Shown here: piece after piece, positions 19,470 to 28,604 of the stretch
How positions within the stretch are numbered: position 1 is the stretch's first letter
Layout of the letters: the number at the start of each line of letters is the position of its first letter
Assembly: GCA_036377655.1 (NCBI GenBank)
Contig: DASUXZ010000067.1
Coordinates: 1 to 34,426 of the forward strand
Direction of reading: 5' to 3'
DNA: 34,426 nucleotides
Source: Gemmatimonadales bacterium
Lineage (GTDB): Bacteria > Gemmatimonadota > Gemmatimonadetes > Gemmatimonadales > GWC2-71-9
Translations under genes and position numbers: made by a program
The notes under the pieces: model-generated
What the model saw: the letters and a program-made list of their open reading frames with translations, nothing else
Database searches by the model: none
What the model was told of the DNA's origin: nothing

Positions 19470-20665
19470 GTACCGAGCGTGGCTTCCCGGGCGGGGCGCG
19501 CGGGCGCGCCGGCGAGCGTGCACTGGATCGGGATGAGCTCGGCCGCGGCGTCGCTCACGCGGGCGCGCACGTCCCGGAGCGCGACGAGCGAATTACGGGC
19601 GCGTGGATCGAAGCTCCGGTTGGTGAGGAACACCACGAAGAGGTCGCGCGCCGGATCGACCCACATCTCGGTCCCGGTCCAGCCGGTGTGCCCGTAGGCG
19701 CGCGAGCTGAGCAGGCTGCCGAACACCGAGGTCTCTTCCCGCAGCGGATCCGGCGAGTCCCAGCCGAGCAGCCGCGCGCCCGACCGGTCGGTGGCGACGA
19801 GGAACTCGCGCAGCGTCTCCGCGCGCACCCAGCGCCGGCCGTCGCCGAGGTCTCCCTCCGCAAGCCAGGCCTGGGCGTACCGCGCGAGATCGCGGCCCGT
19901 GCCGAAGAGCCCCGCATGCCCCGCGATGCCGCCAAGGGTGACGGCATTCCGATCGTTCACCGTCCCCGCCACGGGCGCGCGGTTGAAGGTCCCGCTCGGC
20001 GCCGTGCGCTTCCAGAGGGACGGCCGGGGCCGGAACATCGTCTGGCGCATCTCGAGCGGCTCGAGGACTTCACGCTGGACGACGCTGTCGAGCGGCATGC
20101 CCGTGGCCCCCTCGATCGCGAGGCCGAGGAGGATCGCATTGAGGTCGCTGTAGACCGCGGTGTCGCCGGGCGGGCGGATGAGCGTGTCCGCGAGCACCTG
20201 CGCGATCGCGGCCTCGCGCGAGGTCGCCGTGCGGAAGAGCGGCAGGTACGGCCGGAGCCCGCTCGTGTGATTGAGCAGCATCCGGATGGTGACCCGGTCC
20301 CTGGCACCGCCGGTGAAGGCCGGGAGGTAGCGGCGCACGGGTGCGTCGAGGTGCATGGCGCCCCGGTCCACGAGCCGGAGCACGGCGCCGGTCGTGCCGA
20401 TGACCTTGGTGAGCGAGGCGATGTCCCAGAGGGTCGAGTCGCTCCGCGGCCGCGCCGAGCTCGCGCTCCAGGTGAACCGGCCGTACCGCTGGGCGTAGAG
20501 GATCCTGTCGCTCGTGCCGATGACGACGACGGCCCCGGGATAGATGCCCCGCCGGATCCCCTCGTTGATCGCCGCATCCACCCGCGAGAAATCGGGCGCA
20601 TGCGTCCGCCCCGCCGACCGGTCGTCGGCGGAAAGGGCAGCGAGGAGGAGGAGGAGTCCGGTCAT
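19463..20665 (-). CDS. Serine hydrolase, beta-lactamase/PBP family
   Basis: 400 aa from the ATG at 20665, with a short signal-like N-terminus. It has SLTK (SxxK), YSD and HTG motifs in the expected order. Its ATG overlaps the upstream matrixin stop (ATGA). Confidence 0.88.
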   Translation of the reverse strand: MTGLLLLLAALSADDRSAGRTHAPDFSRVDAAINEGIRRGIYPGAVVVIGTSDRILYAQRYGRFTWSASSARPRSDSTLWDIASLTKVIGTTGAVLRLVDRGAMHLDAPVRRYLPAFTGGARDRVTIRMLLNHTSGLRPYLPLFRTATSREAAIAQVLADTLIRPPGDTAVYSDLNAILLGLAIEGATGMPLDSVVQREVLEPLEMRQTMFRPRPSLWKRTAPSGTFNRAPVAGTVNDRNAVTLGGIAGHAGLFGTGRDLARYAQAWLAEGDLGDGRRWVRAETLREFLVATDRSGARLLGWDSPDPLREETSVFGSLLSSRAYGHTGWTGTEMWVDPARDLFVVFLTNRSFDPRARNSLVALRDVRARVSDAAAELIPIQCTLAGAPARPAREATLGTC

Positions 20666-21456
20666 TCCGTGAGCGAGTCCCGGATCGGACCGGTCGGGAG
20701 CGCATAGAGCAGCTGCGCCGTGCGCCGGTCGCGGAACGAAAGCGACGCACCGCGCGTCGCGGGAAACATCATGTCGGTCGAGTCCGCCGAGTGCGGGAGG
20801 CCGATCGCGTGACCGGTCTCGTGGATCGCGACCGCGAGCAGCGAGGCGTCGGGAAGCGGAATGCCTCCGCTCGTGCGGATCGCCAGTGAGATGGCGGCAT
20901 GCCGCACGCGCCCGAGCCGGTCCCAGGTCAGGTCGGTCTGGCCGGCGCGATCGTACTCGAAGCGATCGATCCAGCGGACGATCACGTCCGCCGTCGTCGT
21001 GTCCGCGGTGAGTGCAAACCTCACGCCAGCGTCGGCGCGCTCCCAGGCATCGAGGGCCTGCCGGACGAAATCGGCCATTCGCGGGTCGTACCCGTCCACG
21101 CCCCCTTCGATGATCGTCACACTGAGGGGACGGCTGCCGCGATCGGGCCACCGCCGGACGATCGAGTCGGTGGTGGCGAGCAGGGAATCGAGATAGGTGC
21201 CGCTCCCCGCGCTCGCGAGCCGCTGGCGCGCGGCGAGGCGGGCGAGGCGATCGGTGATCGGGGTGCCGGCGGACTCCGGCTGCCCGGCGGGCCGGGCGGC
21301 GCGGGCCTCCGTCATCGTGGCCACTTCCGCCGGCGGCACGGCCTCGGCCGCTGCCGCATCTGCGGCACCGGTGGCACGCAAATGCCCGATCCGGTCCACC
21401 AGGACCAGGATCGCGAGCGTGAGCGTGGTGAGCGGGAGAAGCCAGCGCTTCATCAT
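20662..21456 (-). CDS. Matrixin-like zinc metalloprotease (metzincin)
   Basis: 264 aa with an N-terminal hydrophobic anchor/signal, the HETGHAIGLPH zinc-binding motif (HExxHxxGxxH), and a downstream MMF as a possible Met-turn. Confidence 0.8.
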   Translation of the reverse strand: MMKRWLLPLTTLTLAILVLVDRIGHLRATGAADAAAAEAVPPAEVATMTEARAARPAGQPESAGTPITDRLARLAARQRLASAGSGTYLDSLLATTDSIVRRWPDRGSRPLSVTIIEGGVDGYDPRMADFVRQALDAWERADAGVRFALTADTTTADVIVRWIDRFEYDRAGQTDLTWDRLGRVRHAAISLAIRTSGGIPLPDASLLAVAIHETGHAIGLPHSADSTDMMFPATRGASLSFRDRRTAQLLYALPTGPIRDSLTE

Positions 21457-21575
21457 TGGAGTATATCACGTTCGCAAGGGCCGGGCCGCTGGCGCGAGAC
21501 CCCCCGGCCGTCTAACATTTTGCCACTCGCCGCCTTGCCTGCACCACTGCCCAACCGGGAGACCGTCCGAACGTT

Positions 21576-23846
21576 ATGGGTCCGCTGGCACGCGCCCTCG
21601 TCCGCTGGCGCTGGGCAGTTCTCTTCATGTGGGTGGCCGTGGGGGCGCTTGCCGCGTCGCGCGCCCACCACACGCCCGCGCTCCTCAACATCCGCGGTGG
21701 CAGCGAGCGGATGACCGAGGCGCGGGTGGCGGAGCAGGTGCTCCGGTCCCGCTTCGAGCAGCCGCTCACCGACTACTTCATCGTGACCCTGGAAGGGCCG
21801 GCGCCGTTCGATTCCGGCCGCCCCCGGATGGTGCTCGACAGCCTCATCAGCGTCCTCCGGCAGCAGGACTACATCCGGACGGTCGCCGCGTGGCCAGGCA
21901 CCGACGATTCGACGTTCATCAGCGCCGATCATCGCACGACGTTCCTGCTCGCGGCACTGACGGTCACCGAGGGCGACACGGTCGGGAAGCTCGTCGTGCC
22001 GGCCCGCGAGGCCGTGCACGGGACGATGCGGACGTTCCACGACGCCGGGGCGTATCAGGCCAACGTCACCGGACGCTCGCCGCTCGACCTCGACGTCCGC
22101 ACCGTGAGCGCCGACGACAGCCGTCGCGGCGAGCTCCGCCTCCTGCCGCTCACGCTCGTGATCCTGATCCTCGCGTTCGGCGCCCTCGTGGCGGCGGCGC
22201 TCCCGCTCGTCATCGGGTTCCTCGCCATCGCGGTCTCGCTCGCCATCATCGGCATCCTCGCGAGGCACACGCCGATGTCGATCTTCGTCCTCAACATGAC
22301 GACGATGATCGGGCTCGGCGTCGGGATCGACTATTCGCTCTTCGTCGTGACCCGGTTCCGCGAGGAGCTCCGGAGCGGCGTCCGCCGCCGGGAAGCGGCG
22401 GTGAACACGATGCTCACGGCCGGCGCCGCGGTGGTCACCTCGGGCCTCACCGTCGTGGTCGGCTTCGCCGCGCTCCTCTTCACCCCGCTCGTCGAGACGC
22501 GGAGCGTGGGGCTCGGCGGGCTCGTGGTGGTCGCGGTGGCGGTCCTCCTCTCGACGACGCTCCTCCCCGCCCTCCTCGCCATCATCGGCCGCGACATCGA
22601 CCGGCCCAAGTGGCTGGCGCGGCGGCTCACCTGGTACCACGCGCCGCAGGCCTGGGAGAAATGGGCGCGCGGCCTCCAGCGCCATCCCCGGCGTGCCCTC
22701 CTCCTCGGCGGCCTCGGCATCGCGGTCCTCACGGCGCCGCTGTTCCTCATCCGGATCGGGCTCCCGGCGCACAACTGGTGGCCGAAGAGCACCGAAGCCG
22801 GCCGCGGCCTCGCGGCGCTCGAGCGGCTCGGGGTGGCGGGATACATCCAGCCGGTGCGCGTGGTGGTCGAGCTGCCGGAGGGGAAGAGCGCGGTGAGCGC
22901 CGCATCCCTCCGCGGGCTCCGCGCCCTCTCCGACTCGTTCCGGGCCGATCCCCGGGTGCGCGAGGTCCGGAGCATCACCGGGATCCGGCCGGGCGCGTCG
23001 CTCCTCGAGCTGTCCGCGTTCTACGGCGAGATCGATTCCGCCCGGGCGCAATACGGCGACTTCGTCAATGCGTACCTGAGCCGGGACGAGCGCGTCGCGC
23101 TCCTCGACGTGATCCCGGCGGACACCACGTCGCTCACCTCGACGATGGACCTCGTGCGCCGCGCGCGCGAGCTCGCCGCCGCCCCGCCCCGCCAGCTCCG
23201 CGAGTCCACGATCCGGGTCGGCGGCTACACGGCGGCGGCCCTCGACTTCCAGGAGGACCTGCTCGAGCGCTTCCCGCTCCTCGTGCTGCTCATTCTCCTC
23301 GCCACCGGCCTCATGCTGGCGATCGCCTTCCGCTCGGTGCTCGTGCCCATCAAGGCGATCGTGATGAACAGCCTCTCCGTGAGCGCCACGTTCGGGCTCA
23401 TCGTGCTCGTGTTCCAGTACGGGGTGGGCTCGCAGCTGCTCGGACTCGACGGAGCGACGTCGGCCATCTTCGTCGTCGTGCCGGTGCTCGTGTTCGCGGT
23501 GGTGTTCGGGCTGAGCATGGACTACGAGGTGTTCCTGCTGAGCCGGATCAAGGAGGCGTTCGACCGGACCGGCCGCAACGACGAGGCGACGATGGAAGGC
23601 GTGAGCGCCACCGCGAGCGTGATCACCTCCGCCGCGCTCATCATGATCCTGGTGTTCGGCGTCTTTGCCTTTGCCCGCGTGCTGGTGATGCAGTTCCTGG
23701 GCTTCGGGCTAGCGGTGGCCGTCTTCCTCGACGCGACGATCATCCGGATGGTGCTGGTTCCCGCCTTCATGCAGCTCGCCGGCCGGTGGAACTGGTGGCC
23801 CGGGGTCCGCCGCCCTCAGGTCACTGCCCGCCCACCGACCCCATGA
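21576..23846 (+). CDS. MMPL/RND-superfamily membrane transporter
   Basis: 756 aa with two blocks of about 6 TM helices, each preceded by a large soluble loop. The sequence has typical MMPL character (GIDYSLFVVTRFREE, GLSMDYEVFLLSRIKE). Confidence 0.9.
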   Translation: MGPLARALVRWRWAVLFMWVAVGALAASRAHHTPALLNIRGGSERMTEARVAEQVLRSRFEQPLTDYFIVTLEGPAPFDSGRPRMVLDSLISVLRQQDYIRTVAAWPGTDDSTFISADHRTTFLLAALTVTEGDTVGKLVVPAREAVHGTMRTFHDAGAYQANVTGRSPLDLDVRTVSADDSRRGELRLLPLTLVILILAFGALVAAALPLVIGFLAIAVSLAIIGILARHTPMSIFVLNMTTMIGLGVGIDYSLFVVTRFREELRSGVRRREAAVNTMLTAGAAVVTSGLTVVVGFAALLFTPLVETRSVGLGGLVVVAVAVLLSTTLLPALLAIIGRDIDRPKWLARRLTWYHAPQAWEKWARGLQRHPRRALLLGGLGIAVLTAPLFLIRIGLPAHNWWPKSTEAGRGLAALERLGVAGYIQPVRVVVELPEGKSAVSAASLRGLRALSDSFRADPRVREVRSITGIRPGASLLELSAFYGEIDSARAQYGDFVNAYLSRDERVALLDVIPADTTSLTSTMDLVRRARELAAAPPRQLRESTIRVGGYTAAALDFQEDLLERFPLLVLLILLATGLMLAIAFRSVLVPIKAIVMNSLSVSATFGLIVLVFQYGVGSQLLGLDGATSAIFVVVPVLVFAVVFGLSMDYEVFLLSRIKEAFDRTGRNDEATMEGVSATASVITSAALIMILVFGVFAFARVLVMQFLGFGLAVAVFLDATIIRMVLVPAFMQLAGRWNWWPGVRRPQVTARPPTP

Positions 23847-24309
23847 AGGCGCGCGCGAGGAGCACGAAGCCCGCGCCGAGCAGCCCGAGGACGAGCAGTA
23901 CGAACCCCACCTCTCCGAACGCGAAGGCGCGGCGCACCGCGGGAATCTCCTCGGGCTGACGGTGCGCAAGCCGCGCCGCCTCCGCGTGGCGCGCGGCCTC
24001 GATGCGCGAGACCGCCGGCGACGACACCGGCGTGATGCCCTCCGGCGAGAGCATCGGGAATCCCTCCACGGCCCTGCGCGACTCGCCGAGCGCGACCCTC
24101 GCGTGCGGCGGCCGGTAACCCATCCGCGCGTCCCATGCGGCCGCGATCTCGGAATGCTTGCGGATCGGCTGCCAGGCCTGGCGCGTCGCGTCGAAGAGGT
24201 AGTCGTCGGCGCCGAGGCGGCCGTCCTCGAGAGCGTCGAGAATGTCGTCGACACTCTGCCAGGGAAGCTCGGTGCCCGTGGAGTCGCTGCTGCGGAACCG
24301 TGTGTCCAT
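23821..24309 (-). CDS. Hypothetical membrane-anchored protein with N-terminal GYF_2-like (DUF4339) domain
   Basis: 162 aa. The N-terminal segment W..VDDILDALEDGRLGADDYLFDATRQAWQPI resembles GYF_2 domains, and there is a single C-terminal TM helix. It overlaps the MMPL 3' end by 26 nt in convergent orientation. Competing ORFs at the same locus are R-rich artefacts. Confidence 0.55.
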   Translation of the reverse strand: MDTRFRSSDSTGTELPWQSVDDILDALEDGRLGADDYLFDATRQAWQPIRKHSEIAAAWDARMGYRPPHARVALGESRRAVEGFPMLSPEGITPVSSPAVSRIEAARHAEAARLAHRQPEEIPAVRRAFAFGEVGFVLLVLGLLGAGFVLLARAFMGSVGGQ

Positions 24310-24355
24310 CGTCCGGTCCGGGGAGGGTCGCTGCCAACATGCACTTTGCCGCGAG

Positions 24356-24375
24356 CGCAGGTCAAGCGACCTGCG
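24356..24375 (-). terminator. GC-rich hairpin downstream of the beta-barrel gene (possible terminator, no U-tract)
   Basis: A perfect 8-bp stem pairs CGCAGGTC with GACCTGCG around a 4-nt loop, about 20 nt after the stop at 24395. The 9-mer CCTGCGTCA is also directly repeated at 24370 and 24389. Confidence 0.3.
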
Positions 24376-24394
24376 TCACACGTTTCACCCTGCG

Positions 24395-25681
24395 TCAGAA
24401 GAAGGCGTCGCCGTCTCCGAAGCGCGGGTTCACGACCTGGTTGAAGATCGACCCGAAGGTGTAGCTGAGCCCGGCGGAGATGAAGAACCGGTAGTCGGTG
24501 GCGAGCTCCTGCTGGCGGAGGAGGATTTCCTCCGGCGTGAGGCCGCCGGCCGGCAGATAGCGCTGGTCCCGGATGCGCGAGACGCTCCCGTCGAGCTCGA
24601 GCGCGAGGCCGCGGATGAGCCGGATCTCGAGATCGGCCTCGAGCTCGAGCGAATAGCTGTCGAGGTGCGTCAGGTACTGCCGAGCGCTCGCGGCGATCCC
24701 CGCCGAGCCCCAGGGCTGCGTCGCGTCGAGCGAGGCCTCGAGCGCGTGCAGGGGCAGCGTCTCGGAGCGGCGCTCGAAGATCGTCGGCTCGATGTAGCGG
24801 AACCAGCTGAGTCCCGCCTCGTAGCGGATCGTGAACAGGCGGTCGGCGGACTCGCGGTACGGGAAGACGTCGTACTCGACGCCTGCAAGCGTCCGGAGCC
24901 CGAAGTCGCGGTTGCTGAACGTGGAGCGATCCACCGCCGCGGCAACGCGCGCGCCCCAGTGCCCACCGAGGGAACGGACGGCGAAGGCGCTCGCGCCGTA
25001 GGACTCCTGGGTGCTCGTGATCGTGGTGGCGCTGTCCACCTCGAACTCGCTCCGCTCGTAGCTCCCCTCGATCGCGAGCCCGAGCTTGAGGGCCGCAGTG
25101 GTGCGCTGGGCGGACACGCCGCCGAAAAGGTCCACCTCGTCGAACTGCGACTCCGCCTCCACGAACCCGCTGCCCCGCACCCTGAACACCCAGCTGTCCC
25201 AGGGGTCGGCCACCCGCGCGGGCGGCCGGCGCGCCGCGGCCGGGACATCGTAGACGACGCGGAGGTGCTCTCCGGCGGCGGAGCGGCTCACGAAGGGCGC
25301 GAGGCCGAGCCCCACGATGCGCGCGAGGCCCTCGCGCTCGTCGTCGTCGGTGGCGTCCTGGGCCGTCACGAAGCGGAGCGTGTCGCGCCGGCCCTCGAAC
25401 GCGCCGCGCCCGATGAAGACCGCCGTGAACGATTCGCCGCCGCCGCCGGCGTCCTGCTCGGTGACGAGGACGTGCACGTCGGCGGCCGTCCGGTCGCGGA
25501 CGTGGCTCACCCAGGGCAGCGCACGCTGGAAGAAATCGTCGTCGCAGTTCGTCTCGGGACAGTCGAGGAACACGCGAACGAGACCGGGCGCATCCTGCGC
25601 GGCGGCGGCCCCCGGCGTGACGGCGAACGGTGCCGCAACCGCCGCGAGCGCGAGCGCCGCCCGCGCCGGCGCCGCCCGCAT
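24395..25681 (-). CDS. Uncharacterised outer-membrane beta-barrel protein
   Basis: 428 aa from the ATG at 25681, with signal peptide MRAAPARAALALAAVAAPFAVTPGAAAAQ. The C-terminal two thirds show an alternating amphipathic pattern, and the protein ends in a terminal F. Its ATG shares 1 nt with the polA stop. Confidence 0.7.
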   Translation of the reverse strand: MRAAPARAALALAAVAAPFAVTPGAAAAQDAPGLVRVFLDCPETNCDDDFFQRALPWVSHVRDRTAADVHVLVTEQDAGGGGESFTAVFIGRGAFEGRRDTLRFVTAQDATDDDEREGLARIVGLGLAPFVSRSAAGEHLRVVYDVPAAARRPPARVADPWDSWVFRVRGSGFVEAESQFDEVDLFGGVSAQRTTAALKLGLAIEGSYERSEFEVDSATTITSTQESYGASAFAVRSLGGHWGARVAAAVDRSTFSNRDFGLRTLAGVEYDVFPYRESADRLFTIRYEAGLSWFRYIEPTIFERRSETLPLHALEASLDATQPWGSAGIAASARQYLTHLDSYSLELEADLEIRLIRGLALELDGSVSRIRDQRYLPAGGLTPEEILLRQQELATDYRFFISAGLSYTFGSIFNQVVNPRFGDGDAFF

Positions 25682-28503
25682 CACCGCTTCGCCTCGAGCC
25701 AGTTCGGGCCGGTCCCGATGTCCACCACGAGGGGCACCGCCAGCTCGGCCGCCCCTTCCATGTGCTCCCGCACGAGCGCGATCACCCGGTCCACCTCCGC
25801 CGGCGGCGCTTCGAGCACGAGCTCGTCGTGGACCTGGAGGAGGAGCCGCGCCGCGAGCCGCTCCCGGCGGAGCGCCTCGCCGATCCGGATCATCGCGACC
25901 TTGATGAGATCGGCGGCGGAGCCCTGGAGCGGCGAGTTCTGCGCGGTCCGCTCCCCGTAGGCGCGGATGTTGAAGTTGCGGTCCCGGATCTCGGGGATGT
26001 AGCGCCGGCGCCCCGAGAGCGTCTCGACGTACCCCTGCTCCTTCGCAAGCACCACCTGGCGGTCGAGGTACGCCCGCACGCCGGCAAAGCGCTCGAAGTA
26101 GCGCGTGATGAAGAGCTTCGCCTCGTCCTGCGAGACGCCGAGCTGGCGGCTCAGCGCGAAGGGCCCCTGCCCGTAGATCGTCGCGAAGTTGATGGTCTTG
26201 GCCCGCGCCCGCATCTCGGGCGCGACCTCCGCCACCGGCACGCCGAAGATGAGCGCCGCCGTCTGGCGGTGGATGTCGCCCCCCTGCCGGAACGCCTCGA
26301 TGAACGCCGGGTCCTGCGCCAGGTGCGCCATGAGCCGGAGCTCGATCTGCGAGTAGTCGGCGACGACGAACGTCCACCCCTCCGCGGGGACGAAGCTCGC
26401 ACGGATCGCTTCGCCGCGCGGCGTCCGGACGGGGATGTTCTGGAGGTTCGGGTCGCTCGACGAGAGGCGGCCGGTCGCCGCGCCGGTCTGGTTGTAGCTC
26501 GTGTGGATGCGGCCGGTCTCGGAGTTCACCGTGGCCGGGAGCGTGTCCACGTAGGTGCTCTTGAGCTTCTGGAGCTCGCGATACTCGAGGATGAGGCGCG
26601 GGAGGTCATGCCCCATCATCGCGAGCTGCGCGAGGACGTCGGCGTCGGTCGAGGGACCCGTCTTCGTCTTCTTGAGCACGGGAAGCTGGTGCTTCTCGAA
26701 GAGGATGGCGGCGAGCTGGCGCGGCGAGTTGAGGTTGAGCTCCTCGCCGGCCACGTCGCCGATCTCCCGCTCGAGCCGGGCGAGGTCGGCCGCGAGCTCC
26801 GAGCCGAGCCGCGCCAGGAGGCCGAGGTCCACGCGGATCCCGTCCCACTCCATGTCCACGATGACCTGCACGAGCGGGAGCTCGATCCGGTCGAGGAGCG
26901 CGCTCATCCCCGTGCTCTCGAGCTGCGGCTGCTGCAGCTCGCGGAGCGCCAGGACGGTGGCGCTGTCGGCGCCGCAGTAGGCCGCGGCGGCGGCGACCTC
27001 CACCTCCGCGAACGGAATCTCCGCCTTCCCCTTGCCGCAGACGTCGGCATCGGTCTGCATCGTGCGGCCGAGATGCTCGAGCGCGAGGGAGTCGATGGCG
27101 TGCGAGCGGCGGCCCGGTTCGAGCACGAAGCTCGCGAGCATCGAGTCGTAGGCCACCCCGGCGAGCTCCACCCCCGCGCGCCGGAGCACCTGCCAGTCGT
27201 ACTTGATGTTGTGCCCCGCCTTCGGCACGGACGGGTCGGCCAGGAGCTCCCGCAGCGGCGCGAGACGCTCGTCGCCGATCGGAGGGAGGTTCTCGACCGG
27301 CGCGGGGGCCGCGAGCTCGCCCCCGGCGGGGCGATGGGCGAACGGCAGGTACCAGACCTCCGTGGCGCTCGCGGCGAGGGACAGCCCGATGAGCTCCGCG
27401 CGGCGGGGCGAGAGCGACGAGGTCTCGGTATCGAGCGCCACGAGCGGCGCTCGCCGGAGGCGCTGCACCAGCGCCGGGATCTCCGACGGATCGCACACCA
27501 CCGTCACGTCCACCGAAAGCTGCGCCGGTGTCGGCGGGCCACCGTCGTCACCCGCGTTGCCGCCGGCTTCTGCGCCGGCGCCCGTCACCGCGTCCGCCTG
27601 CCCCTGCCCCGCCTGCGCGAACTTCCGCGCGAGCCCGGCAAATTCGAGCTCGGTCGAGATCCGGACGAGCGCGCCGTAATCCGGCGTGCCCGCGCGCAGC
27701 GCCTCGAGCTCCACGGCGACCGGGACGTCGCAATGGATCGTGACGAGCTCGCGCGAGAGGCGCGCGGAATCGGCCTGGCCCAGGAGCGCCTCGCGCGTGC
27801 GCTTCGCGGTCACCTCGCTCGCGCGGGCGAGGATCGTCTCGAGATCGCCGTAGTCGGCGAGGAGCTTCTGCGCGCCCTTCTCGCCGATCCCCTTCACGCC
27901 CGGGACGTTGTCGGAGGTGTCGCCGACGAGCGCCAGGTAATCCGCCACCTGCCGCGGCGGGACGCCGAGGCGCTCGCTCGCGTTCGACTCGTCCACCCAC
28001 GTCTCTTCCACCGCCGCGGGCCCGCCGCGCCCCGGGTTGAGCAACGCGACACGCGGGCCGATGAGCTGGTAGAAGTCCTTGTCGCCCGAGACGATCACCG
28101 CCTGGATGCCGGTCTCGGCCGCCCGCGTGGCGAGGGTGCCGATCACGTCGTCTGCCTCGTAGCCCGGGACCGCGACGACGGGGATCCGGAAGGCGTTCAG
28201 CAGCTCGAGGATGCGCTCGAGCGACCGGTCGAAGTCGGCCTGGAGCTCGTCGTCGAGCTTCTCGCGGGTGCTCTTGTAGTCGGCGTAGCGCTCCTCGCGG
28301 AACGACGTGCCGGCGTCGTTGACCCACGCGAGGTATTCGGGGCGGTGCTGCTCCACCATCCGGAGCAGGAAGTTCGTCACGCCCCATGCCGCCGAGGTGT
28401 TCTCGCCGCGCGTGGTGCGGAGCGGCCGGGAGATCATCGCGAAGAACGCGCGATAGATCAGGGCGTAGCCGTCGAGGAGGAAGAGCCGGGGTGCGGGGGC
28501 CAT
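25681..28503 (-). CDS. polA: DNA polymerase I
   Basis: 940 aa with an N-terminal 5'-3' exonuclease region, a 3'-5' exonuclease region (ALDTETSSL), and polymerase motifs A (DYSQIELR), B (RARAKTINFATIYG) and C (QVHDELV). Confidence 0.97.
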   Translation of the reverse strand: MAPAPRLFLLDGYALIYRAFFAMISRPLRTTRGENTSAAWGVTNFLLRMVEQHRPEYLAWVNDAGTSFREERYADYKSTREKLDDELQADFDRSLERILELLNAFRIPVVAVPGYEADDVIGTLATRAAETGIQAVIVSGDKDFYQLIGPRVALLNPGRGGPAAVEETWVDESNASERLGVPPRQVADYLALVGDTSDNVPGVKGIGEKGAQKLLADYGDLETILARASEVTAKRTREALLGQADSARLSRELVTIHCDVPVAVELEALRAGTPDYGALVRISTELEFAGLARKFAQAGQGQADAVTGAGAEAGGNAGDDGGPPTPAQLSVDVTVVCDPSEIPALVQRLRRAPLVALDTETSSLSPRRAELIGLSLAASATEVWYLPFAHRPAGGELAAPAPVENLPPIGDERLAPLRELLADPSVPKAGHNIKYDWQVLRRAGVELAGVAYDSMLASFVLEPGRRSHAIDSLALEHLGRTMQTDADVCGKGKAEIPFAEVEVAAAAAYCGADSATVLALRELQQPQLESTGMSALLDRIELPLVQVIVDMEWDGIRVDLGLLARLGSELAADLARLEREIGDVAGEELNLNSPRQLAAILFEKHQLPVLKKTKTGPSTDADVLAQLAMMGHDLPRLILEYRELQKLKSTYVDTLPATVNSETGRIHTSYNQTGAATGRLSSSDPNLQNIPVRTPRGEAIRASFVPAEGWTFVVADYSQIELRLMAHLAQDPAFIEAFRQGGDIHRQTAALIFGVPVAEVAPEMRARAKTINFATIYGQGPFALSRQLGVSQDEAKLFITRYFERFAGVRAYLDRQVVLAKEQGYVETLSGRRRYIPEIRDRNFNIRAYGERTAQNSPLQGSAADLIKVAMIRIGEALRRERLAARLLLQVHDELVLEAPPAEVDRVIALVREHMEGAAELAVPLVVDIGTGPNWLEAKR

Positions 28504-28551
28504 CGCGGTAAGATAGCGGCAGCCCGCGAGTGCACGCGGATCATGCGCCGG

Positions 28552-28572
28552 GCGCCGTCACGGGGACGGCGC
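28552..28572 (-). terminator. GC-rich hairpin between the GWxTD gene and polA (possible terminator or processing site)
   Basis: A perfect 8-bp stem pairs GCGCCGTC with GACGGCGC around a 5-nt loop, in the 101-nt spacer. There is no U-tract. Confidence 0.3.
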
Positions 28573-28604
28573 TCGCGCACTTCGGCCAAAGGGACGCGGG
28601 AGGG

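Noticed and set aside
21197-23959. 920-aa plus-strand ORF and 532-aa minus-strand ORF (21453..23051) overlapping the MMPL gene
   Set aside because: They are alternate-frame or antisense to a well-supported 12-TM MMPL transporter, with extreme Arg/Pro/Gly/Ala bias and no motifs.
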